A DNA stretch of 64,000 nt from contig CAWDSK010000001.1 in NCBI GenBank assembly GCA_963804995.1, positions 352,001 to 416,000 of the forward strand, read 5' to 3'. The notes beneath the pieces were generated by a model. It was not told where the DNA came from. It did no database searches and saw nothing but the letters and a program-made list of their open reading frames with translations. This stretch comes from an uncultured Acidobacteriota bacterium. Its GTDB lineage: Bacteria; Acidobacteriota; Terriglobia; UBA7540. Each line of letters begins with the position of its first letter. Positions within the stretch are counted from its first letter, which is position 1. The translations under genes were made by a program, and so were the position numbers. Of this stretch, positions 31,940 through 43,981 are shown one piece after another.

Positions 31940-33367
31940 TTATGTTTCCAGATTGTAGCCTTCTTCCCCGTGCTGGGACAAATCCAACCCCTGCACTTCG
32001 TGCTCTTCCGAAACCCGCAAGCCGACCACCAGGTCGACAACTTTGAGGATCACGAGAGTACCTACAATGGCCAATACCCAGGCGATGATGATTCCCACAA
32101 TCTGATTAAGCAGTTGTCCGGGGTTCCCATCGATCAGACCCACCAACGTCGCGACCCCTTGTGCGTCTTTGAAAACGGGATTGACCGCCTTCGCCGCAAA
32201 GATGCCGGTCAGGAGCGCCCCCAGGGTGCCACCGGCGCCGTGCACCCCAAAGGCGTCGAGCGAATCGTCATAACCAAACTTGCTTTTCACTTTTGTAACC
32301 ATCAAAAAGCAGCCCACACCCGCGATGGCGCCGATCGCAAGGGCGGACATCGGTCCCACAAAACCCGCCGCCGGCGTGATGGCTACAAGCCCTGCAACCG
32401 CCCCGGAGATACCTCCCAAAACGCTGGCCTTGCCGTTGCGATACCACTCCGCTGCCGCCCAACTGAGCGCGGCTGCGGCCGCTCCGAAGTGGGTGGCCAC
32501 GAAAGCGCTCGTAGCAAGGCTGCCGGCTGCCAGGGCGCTTCCGGCGTTAAAGCCGAACCACCCCACCCAAAGCAAGCAGGCTCCAATGAAACTTAATACC
32601 ACGCTGTGCGGTGGCATCGGTTGCTTGGGGAAACCCACTCGTTTCCCCAGATAAAGCGCGCACACCAAGGCAGATACTCCGGAAGTGACGTGTACGACCG
32701 TGCCTCCGGCAAAATCCAAAGTCGGGAACTTACCACCCAGGGAGGCATTCAGCAGGCCGCCTTTGCCCCACACCATGTGGGCCATGGGGTCGTAGACGAT
32801 GACGGACCACAGGATCATGAAGAGCAACATGGCGCTGAACTTCATGCGTTCCGCAAAGGCTCCGGTAATCAACGCCGGAGTGATGATGGCAAACATAAGC
32901 TGATACACCATGAAAGTCTGCTGGGGAATGGTGGCAGCGTATGCCGCATCGGGAGCCCCGCCCACGCCATGTAAGAACAGGTATCCAAAATTCCCAATGA
33001 TCCAATTGCCGTCATGAAAAGCCAGGCTATACCCAAACAACGCCCACAGGACGGTAATCAGCGCCATGAGAATGAAGCTCTGCATCATCGTGCCCAACAC
33101 GTTTTTCTTCCTCACCAGTCCGCCATAGAAAAGCGCCAACCCGGGGCCCGTCATCATCAGAACCAGCGCTGCGCAGACCAACATCCAGGCGTTATCGCCG
33201 GCACTCTGTGCGTCCGCTACCTGTCGCTCGAGTTTTGCCAAGCGGTCTTGGACTTGGGGTGAGGCAACTGTGGTGGTATTCGCAGGCGCCTGGGGAAAGG
33301 CGGCAGGGGCCATCACGCCCAAAAATACCACGATGCCCAGGACCAGCCTTAAGAGTCTCCGTCGCAT
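31940..33367 (-). CDS. amtB: Ammonium transporter
   Basis: PGLALFYGGLVRKKN, DFAGGTVVH, WVGWFGFNAGS, DDSLDAFGVHG. Confidence 0.96.
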   Translation of the reverse strand: MRRRLLRLVLGIVVFLGVMAPAAFPQAPANTTTVASPQVQDRLAKLERQVADAQSAGDNAWMLVCAALVLMMTGPGLALFYGGLVRKKNVLGTMMQSFILMALITVLWALFGYSLAFHDGNWIIGNFGYLFLHGVGGAPDAAYAATIPQQTFMVYQLMFAIITPALITGAFAERMKFSAMLLFMILWSVIVYDPMAHMVWGKGGLLNASLGGKFPTLDFAGGTVVHVTSGVSALVCALYLGKRVGFPKQPMPPHSVVLSFIGACLLWVGWFGFNAGSALAAGSLATSAFVATHFGAAAAALSWAAAEWYRNGKASVLGGISGAVAGLVAITPAAGFVGPMSALAIGAIAGVGCFLMVTKVKSKFGYDDSLDAFGVHGAGGTLGALLTGIFAAKAVNPVFKDAQGVATLVGLIDGNPGQLLNQIVGIIIAWVLAIVGTLVILKVVDLVVGLRVSEEHEVQGLDLSQHGEEGYNLET

Positions 33368-33422
33368 AGGTCTCGTCTCCACGGTAAGGGGGTTGCAAGT
33401 ATTCTGTGGGAATCAGAAACTC

Positions 33423-33451
33423 ATTATAAGGAGACAACTCGGGTGGGCCAA
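33423..33451 (-). promoter_or_regulatory. Sigma70-type promoter of amtB-glnK-glnD
   Basis: Minus strand TTGGCC-N17-TATAAT. Confidence 0.5.
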
Positions 33452-33545
33452 ATCAAATCATTTTATAATCCGGATAACGGTTCACCGGGATGCCCGGCAT
33501 TTGAATGGAGGCAAGGTCAATTAACAGGTCGCCGCGAGGAACCCT

Positions 33546-34556
33546 TCAAATAGGCGGATGGGAGCATTGCAGATCGGGGAATGAATCTTCAGAGTCATAA
33601 TTATCACTCTCCGGGAGGTGCTTGGAGGCCTCACGCTTGATCTCCTCAGAAGTTGCCAGCTCTACCCGGTTCCGCCCCCCCTGCTTGGCGCGATAAAGGG
33701 CCGCGTCTGCGACCCGGACCAGGGCTTCCGCACTTACGTCCTGGAGATTCCCCACCGCTGCCACACCCAGGCTGATGGTGATAGGAATCAGACCATCAGG
33801 GGTCTCCACCGCTTTGCGGTCGATGCGAACCCGGAAGCTTTCCGCGAACCGCGCCGCCCCTGCCGCGTCGCAGGCCGGAACCACTGCCATGAACTCATCC
33901 CCTCCGTAACGTCCCAGAGCGTCGTAAGTTCTCATGGCGCCGCGCATCTGGCGGGCCGCTTCCCGCAGGACGGCATCGCCCGCCGCGTGGCCATAAGTGT
34001 CATTGATGGCTTTGAATCGATCCACATCCACCATGGCAACGGCAAACGGGCTTTCGGTGCGTGAAGACCGCGCCACTTCCTTCCGCAAAATCCCTAGAAT
34101 GGTGCCGTGATTCCAAAGGTCGGTCAGCGGGTCTCGCCAAGCCTGGTCGCGCAACGCCTCCCGCGCCATGAGGAGCTGTTCCTGCAACTCCACGATGCGC
34201 CGGCCGGCTCGCAAGCGGGCTCGCAACTCAAACGGGTCGAAAGGCTTGGTGACATAATCATCGGCGCCTGCTTCCAGGCCCTGCACGATATCCGTCTTCT
34301 GGCCCCGAGCCGTTAGCAACAGGATGTAAATATACGGCCGACCCTTTCGTTGCCGCACACTTCGACAAAGCTCGATGCCATCCTTACCCGGCATCATCCA
34401 ATCCAAGATAGCCAGTCTGGGCGTGTCATTCCCTTGCAGAATCGCCCACGCTTCCTCCCCCTGGGTAGCTACGACAACCTCGAAGCCCCATTTCACGAGA
34501 AAAGCCTCTAACATGCGGCGTGATATGGAGTCATCCTCTGCGATGAGAACCTTCAT
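33546..34556 (-). CDS. Response regulator - diguanylate cyclase (REC-GGDEF)
   Basis: REC domain (LDWMMP), intact GGDEF motif, I-site RTYD. Confidence 0.92.
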   Translation of the reverse strand: MKVLIAEDDSISRRMLEAFLVKWGFEVVVATQGEEAWAILQGNDTPRLAILDWMMPGKDGIELCRSVRQRKGRPYIYILLLTARGQKTDIVQGLEAGADDYVTKPFDPFELRARLRAGRRIVELQEQLLMAREALRDQAWRDPLTDLWNHGTILGILRKEVARSSRTESPFAVAMVDVDRFKAINDTYGHAAGDAVLREAARQMRGAMRTYDALGRYGGDEFMAVVPACDAAGAARFAESFRVRIDRKAVETPDGLIPITISLGVAAVGNLQDVSAEALVRVADAALYRAKQGGRNRVELATSEEIKREASKHLPESDNYDSEDSFPDLQCSHPPI

Positions 34557-37500
34557 GATGCGACCTCTTTGCCGAGATTGGATAGCGCCGGTTGCAGGCG
34601 CTCCAGTTCCTCTTCCAGCCGTGCCAGGGCCTCACCCGTGTGCTCGAGTCCCTGGGTGCGGCCCACCACTTCCGCTGTCTGTGCAGCCTCGAAGGCCGCC
34701 CCAGCCGAGAGGAGGGCTAGATTGTTCTTCAATACCTGAGCGGCGAGTTCAAAAGCCACAGTGTCCTGGCGCACTGCGGCCTCTTCAAGCCGCTGCTACC
34801 AACTTGGGGTAGTCGTTGAGGAAAACACTGATCAAACTCCCAAGTAACTGTTTATCCCCTTCGAATCGTGCCAGCGCTTGCTGGCGGTCAAGCACGTTGT
34901 CTGGGGTTGTGCTGGGGGGGTCACCCGCGACAGTTCCGGAAGGAATTTGCAAGAGATCTTCGATAGTTTTAAAAAGGTCTTGTGCCCGGATCGGCTTGGA
35001 AAGGTAGCCATCCATTCCAAGCGCCAGGAACCGCTCGCGATCGCCCACCATGGCGTGGGCGGTTAAGGCCACAATCGGAATTCGGGAGCCGCTCCCATCC
35101 TCCTTTGCCCGAATGCGGGTGACGCACTCCGCCCCATCCATCTCCGGCATCTGTACGTCCATCAGGATCAGGTCAAAACGAGCGACGCTCGATCTCTCCA
35201 GGGCCTTGAGCGCCTGCTTCCCGTTGGCCACCACCTCCACGCTGTGTCCACGTTTTTCCAGGAGGCGCATCACCAGCGCTTGGTTGACGGGATTGTCTTC
35301 CGCCAGCAAAATGTGCAGCCTGCGCCGCGCTTCCCGAACAGAGTGCCGCGTAACGAGGGGTTGAGGTGAGGCTCCCGACGGTGTCCCGATGGCCAGCAGA
35401 ATCGCGTCCAATAGTTCGGATTGCTTTACGGGCTTCAGCAGGTACGCGGCGATCCCCATCTGGCGGCAGCGGGCTGCGTCGCCGGGCCGCCCTCCCGAAG
35501 TCAGCATCAGGATCACAGTCCCGGCAAGGTCCGGGTCGCGCTTGATATGGTCAGCCACGGCGAAACCGTCCAGATCTTGCATCTGTGAATCGAGCAGGAT
35601 CAACGCGAACGGGTGCGCGACTTTCTTACTCTGCTGCAGAAGGGATAGAGCGCGCTCGCCACAGTCCGCCTCCGTGGGAAGCATTTTCCAGCGTTTGAGC
35701 ACTTCCACCAGAATGTGGCGGTTGGTCTGGTTGTCATCGACAACCAAGGCCGAAAGGTTCCTGAGGCAGGCGAATTCCGCCAGTTGCGCAGCCCCTCCGC
35801 TTTGTCCCAACCCGAATCGCGCTGTGAAATAGAAGGCGCTGCCTTGGCCGGGAACACTCTCAACCCAAATTCTTCCTCCCATCAGGCCCACGAATTCTGC
35901 GGTAATGGTCAAGCCCAGCCCCGTGCCGCCATACCGGCGAGTCGTGGAAGCGTCTGCCTGCTGGAAGGCTTCGAAAATCATCTCTTGTTTCTCGGGAGGA
36001 ATTCCGATTCCGGTGTCGCGCACGCTGAATCGCAGCACGGCTTGCTCATGGCTCAGGGACTCGACGTTAACCCGGACGACTATCTCGCCAATTTCCGTAA
36101 ACTTGATAGCGTTTCCCACCAGATTGAGAATGATCTGGCGCAGCCGGCCGGGATCTCCAATTAAGTATTCAGGCACCTCAGGCGCCAAACGGCAAGCAAG
36201 CTCCACCCTCTTCTGATTGGCCCGCACGGCGAGCGATTTCAACGTATCCCCCAGGGCTTCGGGCAGCTTGAATTCGATTGCGTCCAGAGCGATCTTCCTG
36301 GCCTCGACCTTCGAGAAATCCAGGATGTCGTTGACCAGGACAAGCAACGAGTCCGTGGAGGATTTCAGCATCGTTCCGTATTCCGACTGCTCCGCGGAAA
36401 GGGGCGTGTCGAGCAGTAACTCCGTCATACCCAGAATGCCGTTCAGGGGGGTTCGGATTTCGTGGCTCATGTTGGCCAGAAATTCACTCTTGGCCTGGTT
36501 CGCGACCTCAGCGGCTTCCTTGGCCTTCCGAAGTTCTGCTTCTACCCGCTTGCGGTCAGAGATGTCACGGACGAGGCCGATGACACCAATGATGTGATTG
36601 TCATGACTATAGTGCGGACTGTAAATCGCAGATGTCCACCCGGACTTGCCCGTCTGCTCCACATAGTAGTACACGTCGGGAGTCTGGACCGTTTCACCGG
36701 CTAGCGCCCGTTCCAGGAGGACGTCCACCTTTTGCTTGCGCAAATGCGGGAAGATCTCCAAGCCGTTTTTGCCCAGGACCTGAGGAGCCAGCAAGCCTGT
36801 CAAATCCTCCATAAAGGGGTTCCACACCTGGTAGCAGAAATTCCGGTCATAAACGATGACACCCTCGCGAGCGCCGGCAATGACCTCCCGGTTGAACTGC
36901 TCGCTCTGGCGCACGGCCTCCTCCGCCCGTTTGCGCTCAGTGACGTTGTCGAAGATCGCGACGACGTTGCCCGAGGGCAGTTTAAAGACGTAATTCTCAA
37001 CCCAAATGGTTACGCGCTCATCCTGGTACAGGCTGGTGGGATGACGTTCAGGCGCTCCCGTCTGCCAAACCCGGTGAAAAACCTCCAGAAGGCCTAGCCG
37101 TGCGATGTCCGGAAAGACAACCGAAACTCAACGGCCCAGGGCTTCGGCCCGCGCCAACTTGGTGGCCCGTTCTGCCGCCGGATTGAACTCTTTGATAACA
37201 AAATCCGAGCCCGCGTCCACCGCTTCGTAAATCGCCACGCCGCTACTCATATTGCTGAACATCTGGCGGAACCGCTCTTCACTGGCTTGCAGTGCCTTCT
37301 CGCCTTGCTTCTTATCCGTGATGTCCTCAATCGCCACCACAGCGTGTTTGCGTCCATGGAGAAGGACCGGCTCAGCGCTCACTTGCAGCCAGCGTCGTTC
37401 CTCCCGCCCGCCGATTAACAGGGTCGGGTGAACTTCTACACCCTGTACCCGAGCGCCCAAAGACAGGACTTGGGTGATGCTCTGGCGCAGCGGGCACGAC

Positions 37501-39389
37501 GGGCAGGCTTGGGTGTAACCGCACCCATTGGGGTGTTCGTGGCTGTGAATGCAGCCCAACCCGGCGCCGGCCCTCTGGTGGATTATTTCCGCAGGGTTGC
37601 GCCTAACCATCTGCGCGGCGACGGAGTTTGCCTCCACAATCACCGTCTCCTCATCAATAAGCAGCATCCCGACTGGCGCGGAGGCGAATACTGCCGTGAG
37701 ATTATCCCTTTCGGTTTGCAGTACCGCTTCGGCCCGCTTGCGTTCGGTGATGTCGTTGATCACGGCAAAGTGGGCAATGACCTCACCCTGGGCGTCGAAG
37801 GCCGGAGCCACGGAAAGCTGAATGTCAATCCAGGAACCATCTTGCCGCTGGCGGCGCGATTCCACATTCGTGACGGGCTCGCCCCGGCTGGCTCGCGCTA
37901 CAATGGATTTTAGATTTTCCCTTTCCTCCGGCGGGACAAAGGGAAGCGGCCCGCCCAGGACTTCCTCCGCGGTCCAGCCGAACAATCTTTCTGCGGCAGG
38001 ATTCCACATGCGCACCAGGCCGGCATCATCCAGTGAAATGATGGCCGCTGGGGAAGCCTCAACCACGGCCTTGACCGCCTCATTAGCCTTGCGCAGGGTC
38101 TCATCGGCCTGCCGGCGGAGTAGCGAGGCGCCGAGCGTCTTCGCCGCCGCGCGCAACGCCTCGGTTTCCGCCACTGACCACGCCCGTGCACTCTGGCAAT
38201 CGTCGAAACCGATGAAGCCCCACCACGACTTACCCACAAAAATGGGCACTACGATGAGGGATTGAATGCCCTCCCTCGCCAGAAGGCGGCGGGCCGCTTC
38301 CGGAAGATCTTTGATCCCTCCTTGACTAACCTTCCCTTGTCGGATCTCCTCGCACCAAGTCTCTGCCTGGCTCCCTTTCCAGGAGAAATTCTGTAGTTCT
38401 GGATTGTGGGCATGTGGGGTGATGCCAGGCGCTGCCCATTCGCAACGCTGGCTACTCAGCAGACCCCCATCCGGGCCGAGGTGGTTCTCAAGGATATAGG
38501 CCCGGCTCACTTTCAGGGTTTTTCCCAAGCGCTCCAAGACGACTTGGAGGCTTTCTTCCCAGCCATCCCCCGAGAGGAGTTTTTCGGCAGCAAAGCTGAC
38601 TGCTTCCAGAATGGCGTCCCTGCGGCGGAGGGCTTCGGCAGCCTCCACCTGTTCCGTGACATCGCGATGGAGACTTAGAATCGCAGCTTCCCCCGCATAC
38701 TCGATGACCGAAGCGCTAATCAAAAGCGAGATGGGGCGACCGTCCTTTCGGTAATGGACCGTGGCGAAATTCGTGCAGGTCCCGTTCTCTAAAACCTTAT
38801 GGATCTCCTCTTCCCCGCGCGGAACATCCTTCGTGAAACTCTTCTGGCTGGCGCCCACCAGCTCGTAGTAGTCCCGTCCGTAGAGCTCGCACGCCTTGCG
38901 GTTGGCATCCAGGACGATTTCACTCTCCGGCTCAAAGATCAGAATGGCGTCATTTACACCTTCGAAGAGCTCCCGATACTGCTTGGCGAGAGACGCCTCG
39001 CGATGGGGCCACTGGCGTATGATGCTGGTCTGCGGTTCTGCCACCCTTCGTTGCCAGACCACCCCCACCAGCAGGGCAAACAATCCCAAACCTAAAGCTG
39101 GTAGGAGTAGCAGGGCAGGTGCGCGGGAAAAGTAATTGGGGGCCACCCCCTGAGGCTGTAGGGCTGCCGCGGCGACCGTCCCGGCTGATTCGCCCGTCCC
39201 AGGGGCCAGGGCAGCCTTCCCCCTTTCGGGAGAGCAGGTCAAAGCGTGCGGGGTTTCAGGTTCCCAGGAGGACGGTAAATTTCGAGCCGTACAGACGCCG
39301 AGCCGCCCCGCGAGGAGCAGGAGCATGAGGCCGGAATGAAGGGGTAGACCCCATCGCACCAAGGCATGTGCTGGTTGAGGTGTTTTCAC
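34553..39389 (-). pseudogene. Multi-PAS/GAF hybrid histidine kinase (HisKA-HATPase-REC-REC-Hpt), interrupted
   Basis: In-frame TGA at 37128-37130, followed by PAS-like sequence in the same frame into ORF 34785..36914 (SHEIRTP, GGTGLGL). Frameshift near 34788 inside the Hpt domain. GTG start overlaps the upstream TGA. Confidence 0.8.
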
Positions 39390-40012
39390 GGCGTCTTCCC
39401 GGTATTGACTTGCAACCGATCGAGTTCCGGTTGGACATAGCGGACGTAGCACTCCGGGCAAATCCCGTGACTGAACTGCGCCCCCGAATGCTCGCTGATG
39501 TACCCTTCCACCTGCTGCCAGTAATTCCGATCATTACGGATTTTCTTGCAGTAGGAACAAATCGGCAGCAACCCTTGCAGTTGTTGGACGCGCGAGAGGG
39601 CTTCTTCCAATTCCCGGACACGCTGAGCAAGGGCCCCTTGCAATTCCAGGACGCGCAAGCCCACCTGGACGCGCGCGCGCAATTCCTCGCGATCAAACGG
39701 TTTGGTAATGTAATCATCCGCCCCGGACTGCAAGCCATGGATCTTGTCCTCCAGGCCGCTCCGTGCCGTCAGCAGGATGACGTAAATGGGGCGTGTCCCG
39801 GGACCTTTGCGGATCTGGCGGCAGATCTCAATCCCATCCATGCCCGGCATGAGCCAATCCAGAATCGCCACTTGCGGCGCCTCTTCACCCTGTAGGACCT
39901 CCCAGGCGCGCGTGCCGTCTTCGACCGCGATAACCTCATACCCCCACCGGCGCAGGCTGACCTCAAGGATGTGCCGGGAAACCATTTCGTCTTCTGCGAC
40001 CAAAATCCTCAT
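39386..40012 (-). CDS. Response regulator with C-terminal CxxC...SHGICPEC domain
   Basis: REC domain (LDWLMP); LLPICSYCKKIR...FSHGICPEC. Confidence 0.9.
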   Translation of the reverse strand: MRILVAEDEMVSRHILEVSLRRWGYEVIAVEDGTRAWEVLQGEEAPQVAILDWLMPGMDGIEICRQIRKGPGTRPIYVILLTARSGLEDKIHGLQSGADDYITKPFDREELRARVQVGLRVLELQGALAQRVRELEEALSRVQQLQGLLPICSYCKKIRNDRNYWQQVEGYISEHSGAQFSHGICPECYVRYVQPELDRLQVNTGKTP

Positions 40013-40081
40013 AGAGGAAATCCTTCGTTACGATTCCGGCCCGAGCGCCAAGTTCGGTTAACGGCGCTTGAGAGGGCCCGT

Positions 40082-42244
40082 TTACTTGGCATCCGATCGA
40101 CCCGAAACAACCTTTCGCAGCATCACGGAAAGCCCCTCCAGCGTGTAAGGCTTCCCCAGGAAATCGGCTTCCTGCGCGTCCTGGGCATCGCGGAGAATTT
40201 CGCCGGTGCTGTAGCCAGAGGCGAAAATGACCTGTACCTGGGGATTGATCTTCCGCATACGACGGAATGTTTCCAGGCCGCCTATTTCCGGCATGATGAG
40301 GTCCAACAGAACACAGTCGATTTCCCGGCTATGCCCCGCGTAGATCTCCAGTGCCTGGTGCCCGCTTTCCGCCACCCAGACCTTGTAGCCCAACCCTTTC
40401 AATCCCGCTTCGGCAAAGGCGCGCACCAAGGGTTCGTCATCCACCACCAGCACGGTTCCTGTCCCCAATTGGATCCTTCCCGAGCCTCCTGCGTCCATGC
40501 GGAGCGCCGGGGCGGCAATCAACGGAAGGTAAAGGGTGAAACGCGCCCCCTGACCCACTGCACTCTCAACCCGCACGAACCCCTCGTGGTTTTTGACGAA
40601 TCCGTAAACCATGGCGAGCCCCAGGCCCGTGCCCTGGCCGGGCGCTTTGGTGGAGAAAAACGGATCAAAAATCCTCGGCAGGGCTTCGGGCGTGATTCCC
40701 ACCCCAGTGTCCTGGACGGCAATACTGGCGTACCGCCCGGGAGCGCCATGCGCCGGCAACTCCGGCCGCCCGGCATCGAGGTCAAGGGCAGTGGCCTGTA
40801 ACGTCAGCGCGCCTCCCTGCGGCATGGCATCGCGCGCATTGATGCACAGATTGAGTAGAGCCTGCTCAAGATAGCTGGGCTCCGCATTGACCCAGAGAGG
40901 GTCACCCTCAGCGAGAACTGACACATTAATGCTGCGATCGAACGTCCGGGCTACCATACGGCGCACGCGGTCCAGCACTTCCCCGACGCACACGGCTTTC
41001 ACCTGTTGCCGCTCGGGGCGGGCAAATCCCAGGAGTTGGCGCGTAAGGTCGGCGGCGCGCTGGGCGGATTGCTCAATCATCCGCATGGATTCTTGCAAGG
41101 GGTCGTCCGCGCCCAGTCTTTGGCGGGCCAAAGAGGCGAAGCCCAGCATGACACTCAGCAGGTTGTTGAAGTCATGGGCAATGCCGCCCGCCAGCGTCCC
41201 CAAGGCTTCCATTTTTTGGGCCTGGAAAAGCTGCTGCTGCAGGCGCTCTCTCTCTTCTTCCGCTTTCTTCCGCTCGCCCACGTCCTGGATCATCCCCAGG
41301 AAAGACGCTGGCCGGCCCGCCGAGTCTTGCACCAGGGAAACGGTCAGGGAACACCAGACGGCTTCGCCAGACTTCCGTAAGTAACGTTTTTCCAGCGTGG
41401 GTTGCGAGGCTTGACCCTCCAAGACCCTCTGCACGTAATCCCGGCTCGCGGCCGTATCCTGCGGATGAGTAATCTCCTCGAAATGTTTTCCCTGGAGTTC
41501 CCCGCGCGTGTAGCCGAGTAAAGAAGCGAACGCGGGGTTCACCGTGAGAAACCGCCCGTCCAGCCCCGCGAGCGCCACCCCGAAACGTCCCTGTTCGAAG
41601 ATGGACCGGAAACGCTCTTCCGAAATCTGAATCTGTCGATAGAGCTCGCTTCGCTCCAGGGCGATGGCGGCCTGGGTGGCGACCTGTTCGATCAGCTTGC
41701 GGGTTACGGCTCGGATGCCGTCCGGTTGTTGGCCGGCAATGTCCAGAACGCCCAGGAGGCTGGACCTGGTCTGCAAAGGAACGGCATACTCACACCGGAC
41801 CTCGGAGATGAAATCCCGGCAACGAGGGTCCTTTTCGACCTGCGGGACGTAGACAGCTTCTTTCTGCTTTATAGCCCACGAGACCAGGGCCCGTTCCTTG
41901 AGGGAAATGACTTGCTGGGTTAACTCCCGCTTCCCACCGCATGCCACGCATTGCAGTTCCCCTGCCGCCGGCTCCAGCCGATAAATCCGCGCGTAGCTGA
42001 GCCGCTCCCTCTCGACCAAGCGCGTGAGGATCGGCCCCAGAACCGACTCGGCATCCAGCGTGCCCGCCAGCGCCGAGTTGATCTCCACCAACAAAGAAAG
42101 CTGATGGGTTCGGGCCTCGGCCCCATCCAGGGGGCCGTGCACATCCAGCGTGGGCGCGAATACACCTTCGCTCACCCCCAGGGGTGGCACGTGTTCATGA
42201 GGAGATCGAACCAACGGACTATCGCGGGGGGTAGTTATACCCAT
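40082..42244 (-). CDS. GAF-PAS hybrid sensor histidine kinase with REC domain
   Basis: [25 protein letters not shown]-terminal REC. Start position uncertain. Confidence 0.9.
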   Translation of the reverse strand: MGITTPRDSPLVRSPHEHVPPLGVSEGVFAPTLDVHGPLDGAEARTHQLSLLVEINSALAGTLDAESVLGPILTRLVERERLSYARIYRLEPAAGELQCVACGGKRELTQQVISLKERALVSWAIKQKEAVYVPQVEKDPRCRDFISEVRCEYAVPLQTRSSLLGVLDIAGQQPDGIRAVTRKLIEQVATQAAIALERSELYRQIQISEERFRSIFEQGRFGVALAGLDGRFLTVNPAFASLLGYTRGELQGKHFEEITHPQDTAASRDYVQRVLEGQASQPTLEKRYLRKSGEAVWCSLTVSLVQDSAGRPASFLGMIQDVGERKKAEEERERLQQQLFQAQKMEALGTLAGGIAHDFNNLLSVMLGFASLARQRLGADDPLQESMRMIEQSAQRAADLTRQLLGFARPERQQVKAVCVGEVLDRVRRMVARTFDRSINVSVLAEGDPLWVNAEPSYLEQALLNLCINARDAMPQGGALTLQATALDLDAGRPELPAHGAPGRYASIAVQDTGVGITPEALPRIFDPFFSTKAPGQGTGLGLAMVYGFVKNHEGFVRVESAVGQGARFTLYLPLIAAPALRMDAGGSGRIQLGTGTVLVVDDEPLVRAFAEAGLKGLGYKVWVAESGHQALEIYAGHSREIDCVLLDLIMPEIGGLETFRRMRKINPQVQVIFASGYSTGEILRDAQDAQEADFLGKPYTLEGLSVMLRKVVSGRSDAK

Positions 42245-42632
42245 CCTTTTCCTTGCGAGCTTGGCGCTTCTGCCGTAGCCTTAGCCGGGAATCTCTTGCC
42301 CGGCGACGCGTTTGTCTTCGCATGAACAAAAGGCCCGCGCCATGCCTTCCCTGGCCTTCATCTCAGTATTGAGAAACCCGGGTGGTCCCCATTCCTGCGC
42401 ATGCCTTTTTCCTCCATTCGAGTTCGTGCACGCTCAAACAGGACGGTTCAAACGGCCTGCCTGCCAATGACAACTCGACCCACCCGTGCACACAGATACC
42501 CTCCACTTATTCTTCGGCAGGAACTAGTTAGGACTTGAATGAGTTATGTAGGTTAGGGAATCCTTAGATTCAAACGCCCCATCAGTAAATGAATCAATTG
42601 TCCGAGTATTTGATGGCTGGATTGCGGGTACT

Positions 42633-42736
42633 CGTAGCGCCGACCGGAACCTGTCCCGATCTGCTCGGGAGGTAGGCATGTGCTTGTGGCGCCGACCTTG
42701 AGGTCGGCATGTGTCCCGACAGGTCGGGACGCTACA
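42633..42736. repeat. GTAG-type REP/REPIN cluster
   Basis: GTAGCGCCGACC...GGTCGGGACGCTAC; matches 19838-19966. Confidence 0.8.
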
Positions 42737-43089
42737 AAAGCGACCCTGACAATCATACGCAGCGCGATTTGAGACGCACTGCACTGCCAGGATTTAAGCA
42801 ACTACGTCGTAAGATTTTCAGATTCGATCTTGTACTGACCCCACGCGCCTTCGCCCCTCCGCACCTGCGGCAACCTCAAATCGAATCTGCTTGGTGAAGA
42901 ATCTCTGCGGGACTTTGATTCCACCCGCCACAATATCAATACTAAGAAGTCAAAGGGCCGGGCTACTGAATATCCAGGAGGTCATACCTGCCCTTCTGAG
43001 GAGATCCTTCCTGCGGAAACACCGGCCTTCCCCCTGTGCTTGACTCAACACGGATGCCACTCGAAACCGTGAGCGGGGTTGCTGCCTCC

Positions 43090-43533
43090 TTACGCTGCCT
43101 GGAGCTGCGCCGTGCAGTGGGGACAGCGGGTGGCTTGAAGCGCGATCCCGCCCGACACGCAATAAGGACATTCCTTGGTGGGCGGCGCGGCGGGAGCCGG
43201 CTGCGGCTGCATCATCCGGTTCACCTGCTTTACCAGCAGGAAGACCACGAAGGCCACAATCACAAAATCGATGATCGTGTTGAGGAAGGCGCCGTAACCG
43301 ATCACGGCTGCTCCCGCCTTTTTGGCATCTGCCAGCGAGTCGTAGTGCGTTCCCGACAGGTTAATGAAGAGGTTCGAGAAATCCACGTGCCCCAGGACCA
43401 GCCCGATGGGCGGCATGATGATGTCATTCACCACGGAGCTGACGATCCTCCCGAAGGAGGCCCCGATGATGATGCCGACCGCCATATCGATCACGTTGCC
43501 GCGCATCGCGAACTCTTTGAATTCCTTCAGCAT
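43090..43533 (-). CDS. mscL: Large-conductance mechanosensitive channel with C-terminal CPYC/CPHC motif
   Basis: [40 protein letters not shown]. Confidence 0.95.
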   Translation of the reverse strand: MLKEFKEFAMRGNVIDMAVGIIIGASFGRIVSSVVNDIIMPPIGLVLGHVDFSNLFINLSGTHYDSLADAKKAGAAVIGYGAFLNTIIDFVIVAFVVFLLVKQVNRMMQPQPAPAAPPTKECPYCVSGGIALQATRCPHCTAQLQAA

Positions 43534-43596
43534 GTTCTCCTCCTTGTGGTTATGGCTAAGATTGGTTCGATCGCCCTGGCCGGTATTCCCCTGGCC

Positions 43597-43765
43597 TCAT
43601 TTCGCGGCGTTACCGAAAGTCAGCCGCAGGCCCGTGGAGAGCAACAGGTCATTCGTCTTCTTCCCCGGCGGCGGGTCGCTGAGGTAATAATCGTTGAAAG
43701 AGGTCTGCCAACTCAATACCTTCGTGAGCCTGGTAACCAGGCCCGGGCTGAAAGTGACCCCTTCC
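43597..43765 (-). pseudogene. 3' remnant of an outer-membrane beta-barrel gene (DUF481-like)
   Basis: GLVTRLTKVLSWQTSFNDYYLSDPPPGKKTNDLLLSTGLRLTFG looks like the final beta-strands of a barrel; no N-terminal part is present. Confidence 0.55.
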
Positions 43766-43981
43766 GGTTGCGCTAGGCACGCGACCGATTTACCTGGGAA
43801 ACACCTTAGACCTTGACGCTCCAAGGATCCCGGCTACGGGAGTTTGTTGAGGGGCCGCTTCATGGCGAGGCACAGTCCGCCCATGCTGGCACACGGGTAG
43901 CGGCGCACCGAGCATAGGAAGCACCTCGACGAGAGGTTCTCACCGGGGCCGCTTGCGCAGCCCCGGCGATGCAGGTGCAGG

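Noticed and set aside
37128..37130. Selenocysteine recoding of the in-frame TGA
   Set aside because: The position in a PAS domain is typically Arg/Lys rather than Cys, and only a weak 4-bp hairpin follows.
43765..43860. c-di-GMP-I riboswitch (GGTCTAAG...TGCC on the minus strand)
   Set aside because: Lacks the GGCAAAC/GAAA/GACGCAAA core arrangement.
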